Part shown: piece by piece, positions 29,810 through 38,989 of the stretch
Layout: each line of letters begins with the position of its first letter
How positions within the stretch are numbered: position 1 is the first letter of the stretch
From: Sphingobacteriales bacterium
Lineage (GTDB): Bacteria > Bacteroidota > Bacteroidia > Chitinophagales > JADIYW01
Assembly (NCBI GenBank): GCA_016699615.1
Contig: CP064984.1
Coordinates: forward strand, 590,185-654,184
Length of the DNA stretch: 64,000 nt
Direction: 5' to 3'
The notes under the pieces: model-generated
The model's database searches: none
What the model saw: the letters and a program-made list of their open reading frames with translations, nothing else
Told to the model about the DNA's origin: nothing
Made by a program: the position numbers and the translations under genes

Positions 29810-29894
29810 CTATTACAAAAATAAGAAATTAGACTAAGTATCTACTTCAATAAAATACTAAGTTTTACACAAAATGGTTTTTTGTTAGCTTTTG

Positions 29895-31202
29895 TTAGAT
29901 ATTTACATGCACATTTCCATCTGCTGAAATATTATCCAGTGATGCATTTTTCAATGTATTGACCAAACTTTCATCATATTGTGCATTCACTTTTATATAA
30001 TTATCAGTAAAGCCATGCATCAACGCTCCTTTCTTCTCTTCTTCAAACAATACTGTTCTGTTGGTGTGTAAATATTGCTCGTAAAACTGCCTTTTTTTCT
30101 TTTCTGATAAACTTCTAAGTTGTGTACATCTATCTTGTCTTACACTCATTGGCACCACATCTTGTATATCTAATGCTTTGGTATTTGCCCTTTCTGAATA
30201 TGTAAATACATGTAAATATGAAATATCTATTTCGTGCAAGAAGTTAAATGTTTGCATAAAATCATCGTTTGTCTCACTCGGAAAACCAACAATCACATCA
30301 ACACCAATGCATGCATGTGGCATAGTAGATTTTATTTTTTGCACTCTGTCTTTATATACATCAGCTTGGTATCTTCTTTGCATCAATGCAAGAATTTTAT
30401 TGCTGGCACTTTGTAGTGGAATATGGAAGTGTGGCATAAATTTGTTGCTCGTTGCTACAAATTCTATAATCTCATCAGTCAATAGATTAGGTTCAATAGA
30501 TGATATTCTAAAACGCTCTATTCCATCTATTTTATCTAGTTCTTTAATTACATCAATTAGTTTATGGTGGTCATCTATTCCTCTTCCATAATCGCCTGTA
30601 TTCACGCCAGTAATTACAATTTCTTTTATATTATTCTGAGCTAATGCTTTTGCATTTTGAATGATATTTTCCAATTTATCGCTTCTGCTTTTTCCTCGAG
30701 CTAATGGAATTGTACAAAATGTACATTTATAATCGCAACCATCTTGAATTTTTAAAAATGAACGTGTTCTTTCTGCTAATGAAAACGAAGGCATAAAATC
30801 ATTTACCTCATTAATTGCTGAAGTATGAATTTGTCCACAGGCATTTTTAGTTAAATCTGTGATAATGCTTGGAAGATTAAACTTATCTGTTGCGCCAAGT
30901 ACTAAGTCTACACCTTTTATGGATGCAATTTCTGCTGGTTTCAATTGGGCATAACAGCCTAATACCACAACAAATGCATTAGGATTCACCTTTAATGACT
31001 TTCTAACTATATTTCTACACTTTGCATCAGCATCATCTGTAACAGAACATGTATTAATAACATATACATCTGCAAAATCGTTAAAATCTACAGTTTCAAA
31101 GCCTACTTGTTTCATTTGTCTAGCTATTGCTGATGTTTCAGAGAAATTGAGCTTACAACCTAATGTGTGAAATGCTATATTTTTGCCAGTAAACATGCTC
31201 AA
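29895..31202 (-). CDS. mtaB: tRNA t6A37 methylthiotransferase (radical SAM, MtaB type)
   Basis: The N-terminus KNIAFHTLGCKLNFSETSAIARQM and the radical-SAM motif CDYKCTFC. Confidence 0.85.
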   Translation of the reverse strand: MSMFTGKNIAFHTLGCKLNFSETSAIARQMKQVGFETVDFNDFADVYVINTCSVTDDADAKCRNIVRKSLKVNPNAFVVVLGCYAQLKPAEIASIKGVDLVLGATDKFNLPSIITDLTKNACGQIHTSAINEVNDFMPSFSLAERTRSFLKIQDGCDYKCTFCTIPLARGKSRSDKLENIIQNAKALAQNNIKEIVITGVNTGDYGRGIDDHHKLIDVIKELDKIDGIERFRISSIEPNLLTDEIIEFVATSNKFMPHFHIPLQSASNKILALMQRRYQADVYKDRVQKIKSTMPHACIGVDVIVGFPSETNDDFMQTFNFLHEIDISYLHVFTYSERANTKALDIQDVVPMSVRQDRCTQLRSLSEKKKRQFYEQYLHTNRTVLFEEEKKGALMHGFTDNYIKVNAQYDESLVNTLKNASLDNISADGNVHVNI

Positions 31203-31298
31203 AAATAATCAATATACACTATATGTGGATTATTTACAATAAAATAGATATGTTCATAGCTTAATTTTAATTTTGATTTTACACTAAATATTGTTTTT

Positions 31299-32228
31299 TT
31301 GAAAAAATTAAAGGTTGCTATTATTGGAATTGGTAATTTGGGTATGCAATACATCATTAGGTTGCAGTACAATAAATTATTTGAGCTAGTTGGCGTCAAT
31401 GATAAACATCCTGAGCACTACGAAGATTTGAAAGAAGAATCTGGTATTAATTTTTATGAAAATGCAGATGAGCTGACTGATGCGTGTGATGCATTGATTA
31501 TATGTACACCTACGCATGCCATCAATAAATATTTATTTGATGTAATTAAATCTGGAAAGCACATTTTGCTAGGCAAACCAATTTTGAATGATTTGCCAGA
31601 TATTCTGTATATCAATGATATTGCTAGAGAATCTGGAATTAAAATGCAAATCAGCATGGTAGATAGTTTTAATCCTGTTTTTAGTACACTTAAAACCATG
31701 GTTGAAGAACCTATGTTTGTTGAAATAAGAAGAAACACATCATTTGAGTCTTCTAAAAACAATCCAAATATTATAAAAGAATCTTTATTGAAAGATATTT
31801 GTTTACTACTTGAATTGTGTAAGGCAAGTAATATCCAAAAAATAAGGTATAATAATTTGTATGAAAAATTAGATTTTGTTCAAGTAAGAATAGAGTTTGA
31901 CAACGGAACATCAGCACATATTTCTATTAATAAATTATCTAACCAAAAATCTTTTACTGTTCAAGTATATCAAGCAAATAAAAATATTATTGCCAATTTT
32001 TTAAATAGAAGAATAAATACATTTACAAAAAGCGATAATCAGCAGCATGTGCTTGAAAACAATATAGAACTCAGCGAAACTGAAGCTATAGAAGAAGAAC
32101 TGAATGCATTTGCAAGTAGTATATTGAATGATACTGATTGTAAAAATTCTATTGCAGATTTTTATAGAGCAACAGCTATTACTTATGATTTGTTAAAGAA
32201 AATAGATATTTTAGAGATATCTATATAA
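31299..32228 (+). CDS. Gfo/Idh/MocA-family NAD(P)-dependent oxidoreductase
   Basis: N-terminal Rossmann motif KVAIIGIGNLGMQY. TTG start. 309 aa. Confidence 0.65.
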   Translation: MKKLKVAIIGIGNLGMQYIIRLQYNKLFELVGVNDKHPEHYEDLKEESGINFYENADELTDACDALIICTPTHAINKYLFDVIKSGKHILLGKPILNDLPDILYINDIARESGIKMQISMVDSFNPVFSTLKTMVEEPMFVEIRRNTSFESSKNNPNIIKESLLKDICLLLELCKASNIQKIRYNNLYEKLDFVQVRIEFDNGTSAHISINKLSNQKSFTVQVYQANKNIIANFLNRRINTFTKSDNQQHVLENNIELSETEAIEEELNAFASSILNDTDCKNSIADFYRATAITYDLLKKIDILEISI

Positions 32229-32839
32229 TTATACATTTAAGTGTGATAAATCATTTTCCTTAACTGTATGGAATTTATCGCCATCTAAGCTTAGATGATA
32301 CAAACATGTATTGTTATGTAAAATGTATCCATCTTAGAAATTGGCAAATCCAACAGCATACACATCATTACTCTAAGTGTTCTGCCATGTGTGCAAACTA
32401 ATATTGTTTGGTATGACGCTTGTTTAATTTCGTTAATAAAAGGCAATAATCTATCTGCTAAATCTTGTGCACTTTCGCCACCTTCAATTTTATTATCCAA
32501 CTGACCATCAGCCCAAGATTGTATAATATTGTAATAGTCTTTTTGTAATGTAGGATTATGTTCAACACCTTCAAAAATGCCCCAATCTATTTCATCTATT
32601 TCTGGTCTTACCAAATGTGGTATATCTTTATTGATGAATTCATCAACTGTTTGCCAAGTACGTTTTAATGATGATGTGTACACAACATCAAAATTTATTT
32701 CTTTGTGTGCCTTAAAAAACAATGCTGCTTGTTCTATTCCTGTCTGATTCAAATCAGAATTTACGCCTCTACCTTGAACAACTTGTTTTACATTAAAATC
32801 TGTTTGTCCGTGTCTTATAATATAAATTTGTTTCTGCAT
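32229..32839 (-). pseudogene. histidine phosphatase (phosphoglycerate-mutase-like) family protein, frameshifted near the C-terminus as sequenced
   Basis: The RHG motif IYIIRHGQTDFN. The ORF ends aberrantly (..KMDTFYITIHVCII). Adding one base to the A4 run at 32320..32323 gives KMDTFLHNNTCLYHLSLDGDKFHTVKENDLSHLNV, which ends at 32229. Confidence 0.7.
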
Positions 32840-32850
32840 TTAAACTGTTA

Positions 32851-33078
32851 TTATTCTTTCACAGAAAAAGAATCTTTCTTCTTTATCCAAATAATTAAAA
32901 CGCCACCTAAGAATACAACTGGCGCAAATAATAAATATAAAATTCCTGTATTCAAACTTTTAGCATACTCTGATTTCTCGGCAGTTGCTCTACACATTGG
33001 GCATTGTGCATCAGCCATTGTAAATACAAATATGAACAATAATGTAAAAAATATTGGAAGATATTTGCTTATTTTCAT
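32851..33078 (-). CDS. small exported CPMC-motif protein with C-terminal membrane anchor
   Basis: 75 aa from the internal ATG (MKISKYLPIFF...): signal peptide, AQCPMCRA, then one TM helix. It is the last gene of the oxidase cluster. Confidence 0.5.
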   Translation of the reverse strand: MKISKYLPIFFTLLFIFVFTMADAQCPMCRATAEKSEYAKSLNTGILYLLFAPVVFLGGVLIIWIKKKDSFSVKE

Positions 33079-33133
33079 CTCAGATGTTTTAGTAAAGTTA
33101 CAACTAATATTGCACTTCAATATTGAATAAACA

Positions 33134-33658
33134 TTAATAATATGGTGCTAATAATACATAAACCAATACACCTGAAATTGCCACATATAACCAAAATGGA
33201 TAGGTGTATCTTGCCCACTTTTTATGTTGCACAAATTGATTTGTAAATGCAAAAGAGAATGTTTTTAAAACAAAAGGTAAAATAACAGCTGCTAAAATTA
33301 TATGTGTTATTAGTATAAAATAATAGATTGGTCTTATTATTCCTTGACCTAAAAATTTAGTATCTTCTGCCTTTAATGTATGATAAAATAAGTAGCTTAA
33401 TAAAAATAAGCACGACAACACAAGTGCTGATAACATAAATAATCTATGTATATTTTGCTTTTTGTATTTAATTGCAATCAATCCAAATATTAAACATAAA
33501 CTTGTGCCCGTATTTAATATTGCATTGAGCTTTGGAAAAATCATTAAATTTATACTGTGTTCAACATCTGGTGGTTGAACTTTTAGTAAAGTCATTACAA
33601 TAGCTGGAACAGCTACAGAAATAAATAAAATTATAATATTGATTTGCTTATTAGACAT
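33134..33658 (-). CDS. DUF420-family membrane protein (oxidase-cluster associated)
   Basis: 174 aa and 5 TM helices. The start overlaps the SCO stop. The position is typical of DUF420 genes. Confidence 0.7.
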   Translation of the reverse strand: MSNKQINIIILFISVAVPAIVMTLLKVQPPDVEHSINLMIFPKLNAILNTGTSLCLIFGLIAIKYKKQNIHRLFMLSALVLSCLFLLSYLFYHTLKAEDTKFLGQGIIRPIYYFILITHIILAAVILPFVLKTFSFAFTNQFVQHKKWARYTYPFWLYVAISGVLVYVLLAPYY

Positions 33659-34377
33659 TAATCTTTTTTCTCTTCTTTCATTGGCACAATATAGCTAACC
33701 AACAACAATTGAATGTCTTTTTTTAATTTTTCAATTGATTCTAATTTAGTGCCATCGTAAAATCCTCTAATTCTTTTTTCTTTATCAATCAACACTAGTT
33801 TTTCACTATGAATAAAATCATTTGAGCCACCATCACCTTGAACTGCTGTTACCAAATATCCATTTCTTGCAATTGCGTATAAATCTTTTTTATTTCCAGT
33901 AAGTAAATGCCAAACTTTACTATTTACATCTTTTTCAATAGCATATTTTTTTAGTTGTCCTACCGAATCTGTTTCTGGATCTACAGTGTGTGATAAAATT
34001 AGAACATCTTTGTCATTAAAGTATTCTTCTTGTATGATATGCAAATTATTAGTCATATCTATACAAATTGTAGGACAAGATGTGAAGAAGAAATCTGCCA
34101 CAACTACCTTATTCTTCATTATATCTTGGTTTATAGAATCACCATTTTGATTGATAAACGAAAATTTAGGAATTGTGTGATAAATTGTATCTATTACTAC
34201 ATCACCTTTTGAGTTGGTAGTTTCTTTTGGTAGTTTATTACCATAAATAGGAAGACATTTGTCAGTCTCTAATGTTTGTCTATTTGTATCTAAATATTTA
34301 AAAAAAATAAGAAATACAATGGGAACAAGTACTGCAACTATTAATGCAATTAGACAACCATTCTTTTGACTTTTCAT
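33658..34377 (-). CDS. SCO1/SenC-family copper chaperone
   Basis: Thioredoxin-fold CxxxC motif FFFTSCPTIC plus a downstream His (FIHSEK), with an N-terminal membrane anchor. Confidence 0.85.
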   Translation of the reverse strand: MKSQKNGCLIALIVAVLVPIVFLIFFKYLDTNRQTLETDKCLPIYGNKLPKETTNSKGDVVIDTIYHTIPKFSFINQNGDSINQDIMKNKVVVADFFFTSCPTICIDMTNNLHIIQEEYFNDKDVLILSHTVDPETDSVGQLKKYAIEKDVNSKVWHLLTGNKKDLYAIARNGYLVTAVQGDGGSNDFIHSEKLVLIDKEKRIRGFYDGTKLESIEKLKKDIQLLLVSYIVPMKEEKKD

Positions 34378-34379
34378 GT

Positions 34380-34715
34380 TTATTTACTCATTTCAACTAT
34401 TGCCTTCAACCATTCACTTCCATCCCACATAAATGCAATAATTCCCCAAATAAGAAATGATAATGGCAAGCCTAATGATAATGCAAATGCTCTTTTTTCA
34501 TATTTCACGTGCATAAATTCACCAATGATAAAATATGCTTTCCATACTGACATTATTACAAATAGAGAATTCAGTACAAATTTAGGCAATACACCACCTA
34601 AAGTAAGTGCAATAACTACTTCTACTACAGTAATGATTGCTAAATATAATGTGGCTCTCCATACAGCTTTAACTTGGCTTTGATATTGTTCTTCTGATAA
34701 ATGTTCTCCGCTCAT
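34380..34715 (-). CDS. cytochrome c oxidase subunit IV-family small membrane protein
   Basis: 111 aa and 3 TM helices, immediately downstream of the subunit III genes. Confidence 0.65.
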   Translation of the reverse strand: MSGEHLSEEQYQSQVKAVWRATLYLAIITVVEVVIALTLGGVLPKFVLNSLFVIMSVWKAYFIIGEFMHVKYEKRAFALSLGLPLSFLIWGIIAFMWDGSEWLKAIVEMSK

Positions 34716-34758
34716 ATATTATATTATTTATATATTATTAATTATAAAGATTTAATTA

Positions 34759-35610
34759 TTACATTAAGTAGAATGCTAAGAATACGAATACCCAAACTAA
34801 GTCTACAAAGTGCCAGTACAATCCTATTTTTTCAATCATTTCGTAATGACCTCTTCTTTCAAATGTACCATTAAGTGTACCAACTAGTGCGTACACATTT
34901 AAACAAACACCTGTAAAAACGTGAAAGCCGTGAAAGCCTGTAATTCCGAAGAATAATGCACCGAAAGTTGTTGGTCCACCAGTTTTTTGAATTCCATCAG
35001 CTATATTATAAAAATGTTGTTCTGTGCCATGTGCGTATAAATCTGTAAATTGTCCTTGTGCATTTAATGCAATTTCTCTCAATCCTGTTTCAGGATTGAC
35101 AACACTTTTAGCTAAATGCAATACACCTTCTGTATCTAAGATATATGGATTAAAGAATGGTCTTAATCCATTTTCAATTAAGTGAGCCCACTCCCATGCT
35201 TGGCATGCTAAGAATAATACACCACCTATTATTCCACCAATCATCCAAATAGCAACACCTCTTTTGTTCATTCTATGTCCTTCTTGTACTGCACGTACTA
35301 CAAACACAGAACTTGCAATTAGGATAGCCGTCATGATTGACACGAAACCCATTGGTACATTTGCATGACCCATTAATGGCATAGCATTAAATACATCATT
35401 TGGATTTGGCCACCAAGGTTGGCTAATTCTTATAGTAGCATATGCAATCAAAAATGCTGAGAATGTAAATGCATCTGACAATAAGAAATACCACATCATA
35501 GACTTACCATAACTAATATTCATGGGCGACTTCTCACCACCTTCGCCATTATCTGGTGTTGGCAATTGGTGCTCTTCATGTGTATCCTTAATTTCTAAAA
35601 CTTCTGACAT
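34759..35610 (-). CDS. heme-copper oxidase subunit III
   Basis: The C-terminal pattern GFHGFHVFTGV...YWHFVDLVWVFVF is diagnostic of subunit III. Confidence 0.85.
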   Translation of the reverse strand: MSEVLEIKDTHEEHQLPTPDNGEGGEKSPMNISYGKSMMWYFLLSDAFTFSAFLIAYATIRISQPWWPNPNDVFNAMPLMGHANVPMGFVSIMTAILIASSVFVVRAVQEGHRMNKRGVAIWMIGGIIGGVLFLACQAWEWAHLIENGLRPFFNPYILDTEGVLHLAKSVVNPETGLREIALNAQGQFTDLYAHGTEQHFYNIADGIQKTGGPTTFGALFFGITGFHGFHVFTGVCLNVYALVGTLNGTFERRGHYEMIEKIGLYWHFVDLVWVFVFLAFYLM

Positions 35611-35625
35611 ATTTATGATATTAAA

Positions 35626-36246
35626 TTATAAATTAAAATATAAAAATCCGAATAGATATAACCAAAGAATGCCCATAAAGTGCCAAAATAAACTTAATAG
35701 GTCTGTTCTTATACTTAATACGCCTTTCTCTGATAATTCTATTTTTTCTAATACTTCGTCTGATTTAATTTTTCTTAAAGCAATTAAACTTCTTACAAAT
35801 GCAACAGTAAGAAAAACTAATCCTGTTAATACATGCAGTGCATGCATCAATACTATAACAAATAAAAATTGTGGTGCTGGGTTTGGGTTACCGGCTGGAT
35901 AAAATCCTTGATTTGATAATATCATCCACCCATTATACTGAAAATAACAGAATAGAACGCCACAGATAATAGTTAATAATAATGTAAACGACATTAGTAT
36001 TTTATTTCCTTTTTTATTAGAAATATCTGCCACTAATAAGCATATACTACTAAACAAAATTATAAATGTAGAGATATTAAATTCATTAGGCAATGAGAAT
36101 CCTGTCCATGCTCCACCTGCGCCTTTCCTTACTAAGAATGCACTTGTAAAGCCAGCAAATACCATACAAGAAGAAACGATAAAGAGCCACATTGTAAATT
36201 TATGTGCTCCTTGATTCTTTTCTTGATATTTTAGCGTTAGACTCAT
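35626..36246 (-). CDS. heme-copper oxidase subunit III-family protein (second copy)
   Basis: HALHVLTGLVF...FWHFMGILWLYLF. 206 aa and 5 TM helices. Confidence 0.75.
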   Translation of the reverse strand: MSLTLKYQEKNQGAHKFTMWLFIVSSCMVFAGFTSAFLVRKGAGGAWTGFSLPNEFNISTFIILFSSICLLVADISNKKGNKILMSFTLLLTIICGVLFCYFQYNGWMILSNQGFYPAGNPNPAPQFLFVIVLMHALHVLTGLVFLTVAFVRSLIALRKIKSDEVLEKIELSEKGVLSIRTDLLSLFWHFMGILWLYLFGFLYFNL

Positions 36247-37142
36247 TATATTTTATCTAGGTTTAAAGCTATCAATACAATTGGTAAGTATAAAAAAGAA
36301 GCAAACATAAGTTTCTTTGCACTCTTGTCTGATGTATCAATAGATAATTGTATTGCTTGTAATAAGAACACAATGCCTGTGATTGTAATTATAACTAATG
36401 ATATAATTCCAGAAAGACCAAAGAAAAATGGTAAAGTTCCAACAATAATTAAAAGTATTAAATATGGAACGTTTAATAATGCTGTATTTCTATTTTTTAT
36501 GTTGTTTGGTAATAAATGAAATCCTGCTTTGTTGTAATCATCATTTAATAACCATGCAATAGACCAAAAATGTGGAATTTGCCAAAAAAACTGTATTGCA
36601 AATAATATAATACCACCTATTCCAATACTTCCTGTTGCTGCTGTCCAGCCAATAAGTAATGGCATAGAACCTGGAACTGCTCCAATAAATACAGCTACTG
36701 GACTAATTTTTTTGAATGGAGTGTATACAAATGCATAGCTAATTAATGACAACGCACCTAATAATCCTGATATTGGGTTAAAATAAAAACCTAAAATACC
36801 AATTCCAACGATTCCAAATAGTCCAGCAATTAAAGATGCATTTACTACGGAAATTTTTGCTTTTGGTAATGGCCTTTCCATTGTTCTATTCATCAACTTA
36901 TCAGTATCTTTTTCTAAAATTTGATTAATAATATTGGAAGATGCTGTTACTAAAAATCCTGCGATAGCTAATAGCAATATTGATGTTGATGATATGTTTT
37001 GATTTGCAAACAGATAAGACATAACAGCTGAGAAAACAACTAACAATGACAAACGCATTTTAGTCAATTGACTAAATACGGTGTATGTGTCAGTTAAAAC
37101 AGCAGCAATAGAACGATTGTATGTCTTAATATTATTGTTCAA
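36246..37142 (-). CDS. ctaB: protoheme IX farnesyltransferase (heme O synthase)
   Basis: UbiA-family motifs (NQILEKDTDKLMNRTMERPLP). 298 aa and 8-9 TM helices. Confidence 0.9.
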   Translation of the reverse strand: MNNNIKTYNRSIAAVLTDTYTVFSQLTKMRLSLLVVFSAVMSYLFANQNISSTSILLLAIAGFLVTASSNIINQILEKDTDKLMNRTMERPLPKAKISVVNASLIAGLFGIVGIGILGFYFNPISGLLGALSLISYAFVYTPFKKISPVAVFIGAVPGSMPLLIGWTAATGSIGIGGIILFAIQFFWQIPHFWSIAWLLNDDYNKAGFHLLPNNIKNRNTALLNVPYLILLIIVGTLPFFFGLSGIISLVIITITGIVFLLQAIQLSIDTSDKSAKKLMFASFLYLPIVLIALNLDKI

Positions 37143-37155
37143 AATTACAATTTAA

Positions 37156-38960
37156 TTAGTGATGAACTTTTTGATTTTGCTCTTCAGGAGTTAAAGGTGT
37201 AGTTTGTGGTATATAATCTTCTTGTGCACCTGGTTTGCTATAATCATATGGCCAACGATATACAGTTGGTAATTCTCCATCCCAGTTTCCATGAATTCCT
37301 TCAATTGGAGAAGTCCACTCTAAAGTATTAGCTTTCCAAGGATTTTGTTCAGATTTTCTACCTTTGTACATACTATAGAAGAAATTTACAATAAATAATA
37401 GCTGTGCCATAAATACTGCAATTGTTGCAATAGTCATTACAACATTCAAATCACTATATTGAGAAAATGATTCGAATTCGTTGAAATGATAATATCTTCT
37501 TGGAATACCCGCCAAACCCATAAAGTGCATTGGCCAAAATATTAGATAAGATCCAACGAAAGTAATAACGAAGTGTATATATGCTAAAGTTGAATTCATA
37601 TGTCTTCCAAACATTCTTGGAAACCAATGATAAACACCGGCAAACATACCAAAGAAAGCAGCAATACCCATAACTATATGAAAGTGTGCTACAACAAAGT
37701 ATGTATCGTGTAATCTAATATCAATAACTGAGTTTCCTAACCAAATACCAGTTAACCCACCAGAGATAAACATAGAAACAAATCCAATTGCAAATATAGA
37801 TGCTGGATTAATATGTATATTACCTTTCCATAATGTTGTTAACCAGTTAAATACTTTAACAGCAGAAGGAATTGCAATTAATAATGTAAAGAATGTAAAT
37901 ACACCACCTACAAATGGATTCATACCTGTCATGAACATGTGATGCGCCCAAACGATAAATCCTAGTACTGTAATACCTAATATTGAAAATATCATTGCTT
38001 TGTATCCAAAGATTGGTTTTCTAGAGTGTACTGCTAAAATTTCAGACACCATACCCATTGCTGGTAATATGATAATATATACTTCTGGGTGACCTAAGAA
38101 CCAGAATAAGTGTTGGAATAAAATTGGACTACCACCAGAATACGGAAGTGGATTACCACCTATTACTATATTAGATAAGTAAAAACTTGTACCTAAACTT
38201 CTATCAAAGATTAACAATACTGCTGCAGACAATAATACTGGGAATGATAACAAACCAATAATTGCAGTAAATAACAATGCCCATACAGTTAATGGCATTC
38301 TGTACATTGTCATTCCTTTTGTACGCATGTTTAGTATTGTAGAAATATAATTTAAACCACCCATTAATGTTGATGCAATAAATAATGCCATTGCGATTAA
38401 CCAAAGTGACATACCTGCTCCTGAACCAGGAGATGCCTGTGGTAATGCACTTAATGGTGGATATATTGTCCATCCAGCTGATGCTCCACCAGTTTTAACA
38501 AACATTGATAAGAACATTACAACACCTGCTAAAATAAAAAACCAAAAAGATAGTGCATTCATTAATGGTGAAGCCATATCTCTAGCACCAATTTGTATGG
38601 AATTAAGATATTAGCAAATGTACCACTCAAACTTGCTGTTAATACAAAAAATACCATGATAGTTCCATGCATTGTAATTAACATATAATAAGTTTCTGGA
38701 TTTAATTTACCATCTGAATACCAGTTACTGAATATTGATTCTAAAATTGGGAAATTAGCGTCTGGCCATGCTAATTGCATTCTAAATATAACTGACATAA
38801 AGCCACCTATAATTGCCCACACCATGCCTGCAATCAAGAATTGCTTGCCAATTGTTTTGTGATCTAAACTAAATATATACTTTGATAAGAATGTCTCCGT
38901 ATGATGATGACCATGGTCGTTATGTACATCAACATTATGTTCTAAAGCAGTCGTAGCCAT
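37156..38960 (-). pseudogene. ctaD: cytochrome c oxidase subunit I, split by a 1-nt frameshift as sequenced
   Basis: ORFs 38960->38562 and 38577->37156. The break falls inside the conserved ...NILIP-x-x-IGARDMA-x-P... motif. Adding one A to the AAA run (plus-strand T3 at 38592..38594) gives ANILIPYKIGARDMASPLMNALSFW. The downstream part carries the HPEVYI, WAHHMF and HFHIVM motifs. Confidence 0.9.
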
Positions 38961-38989
38961 ATTATTCTATATTTTAATTTTTAATTTAA

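Noticed and set aside
37156-38960. A naturally split two-subunit CtaD.
   Set aside because: The two ORFs overlap in different frames inside a conserved motif. The second ORF's Met is the invariant Met of ...ARDMA.... A 1-nt insertion restores a colinear protein, so this is a frameshift and not a gene fission.
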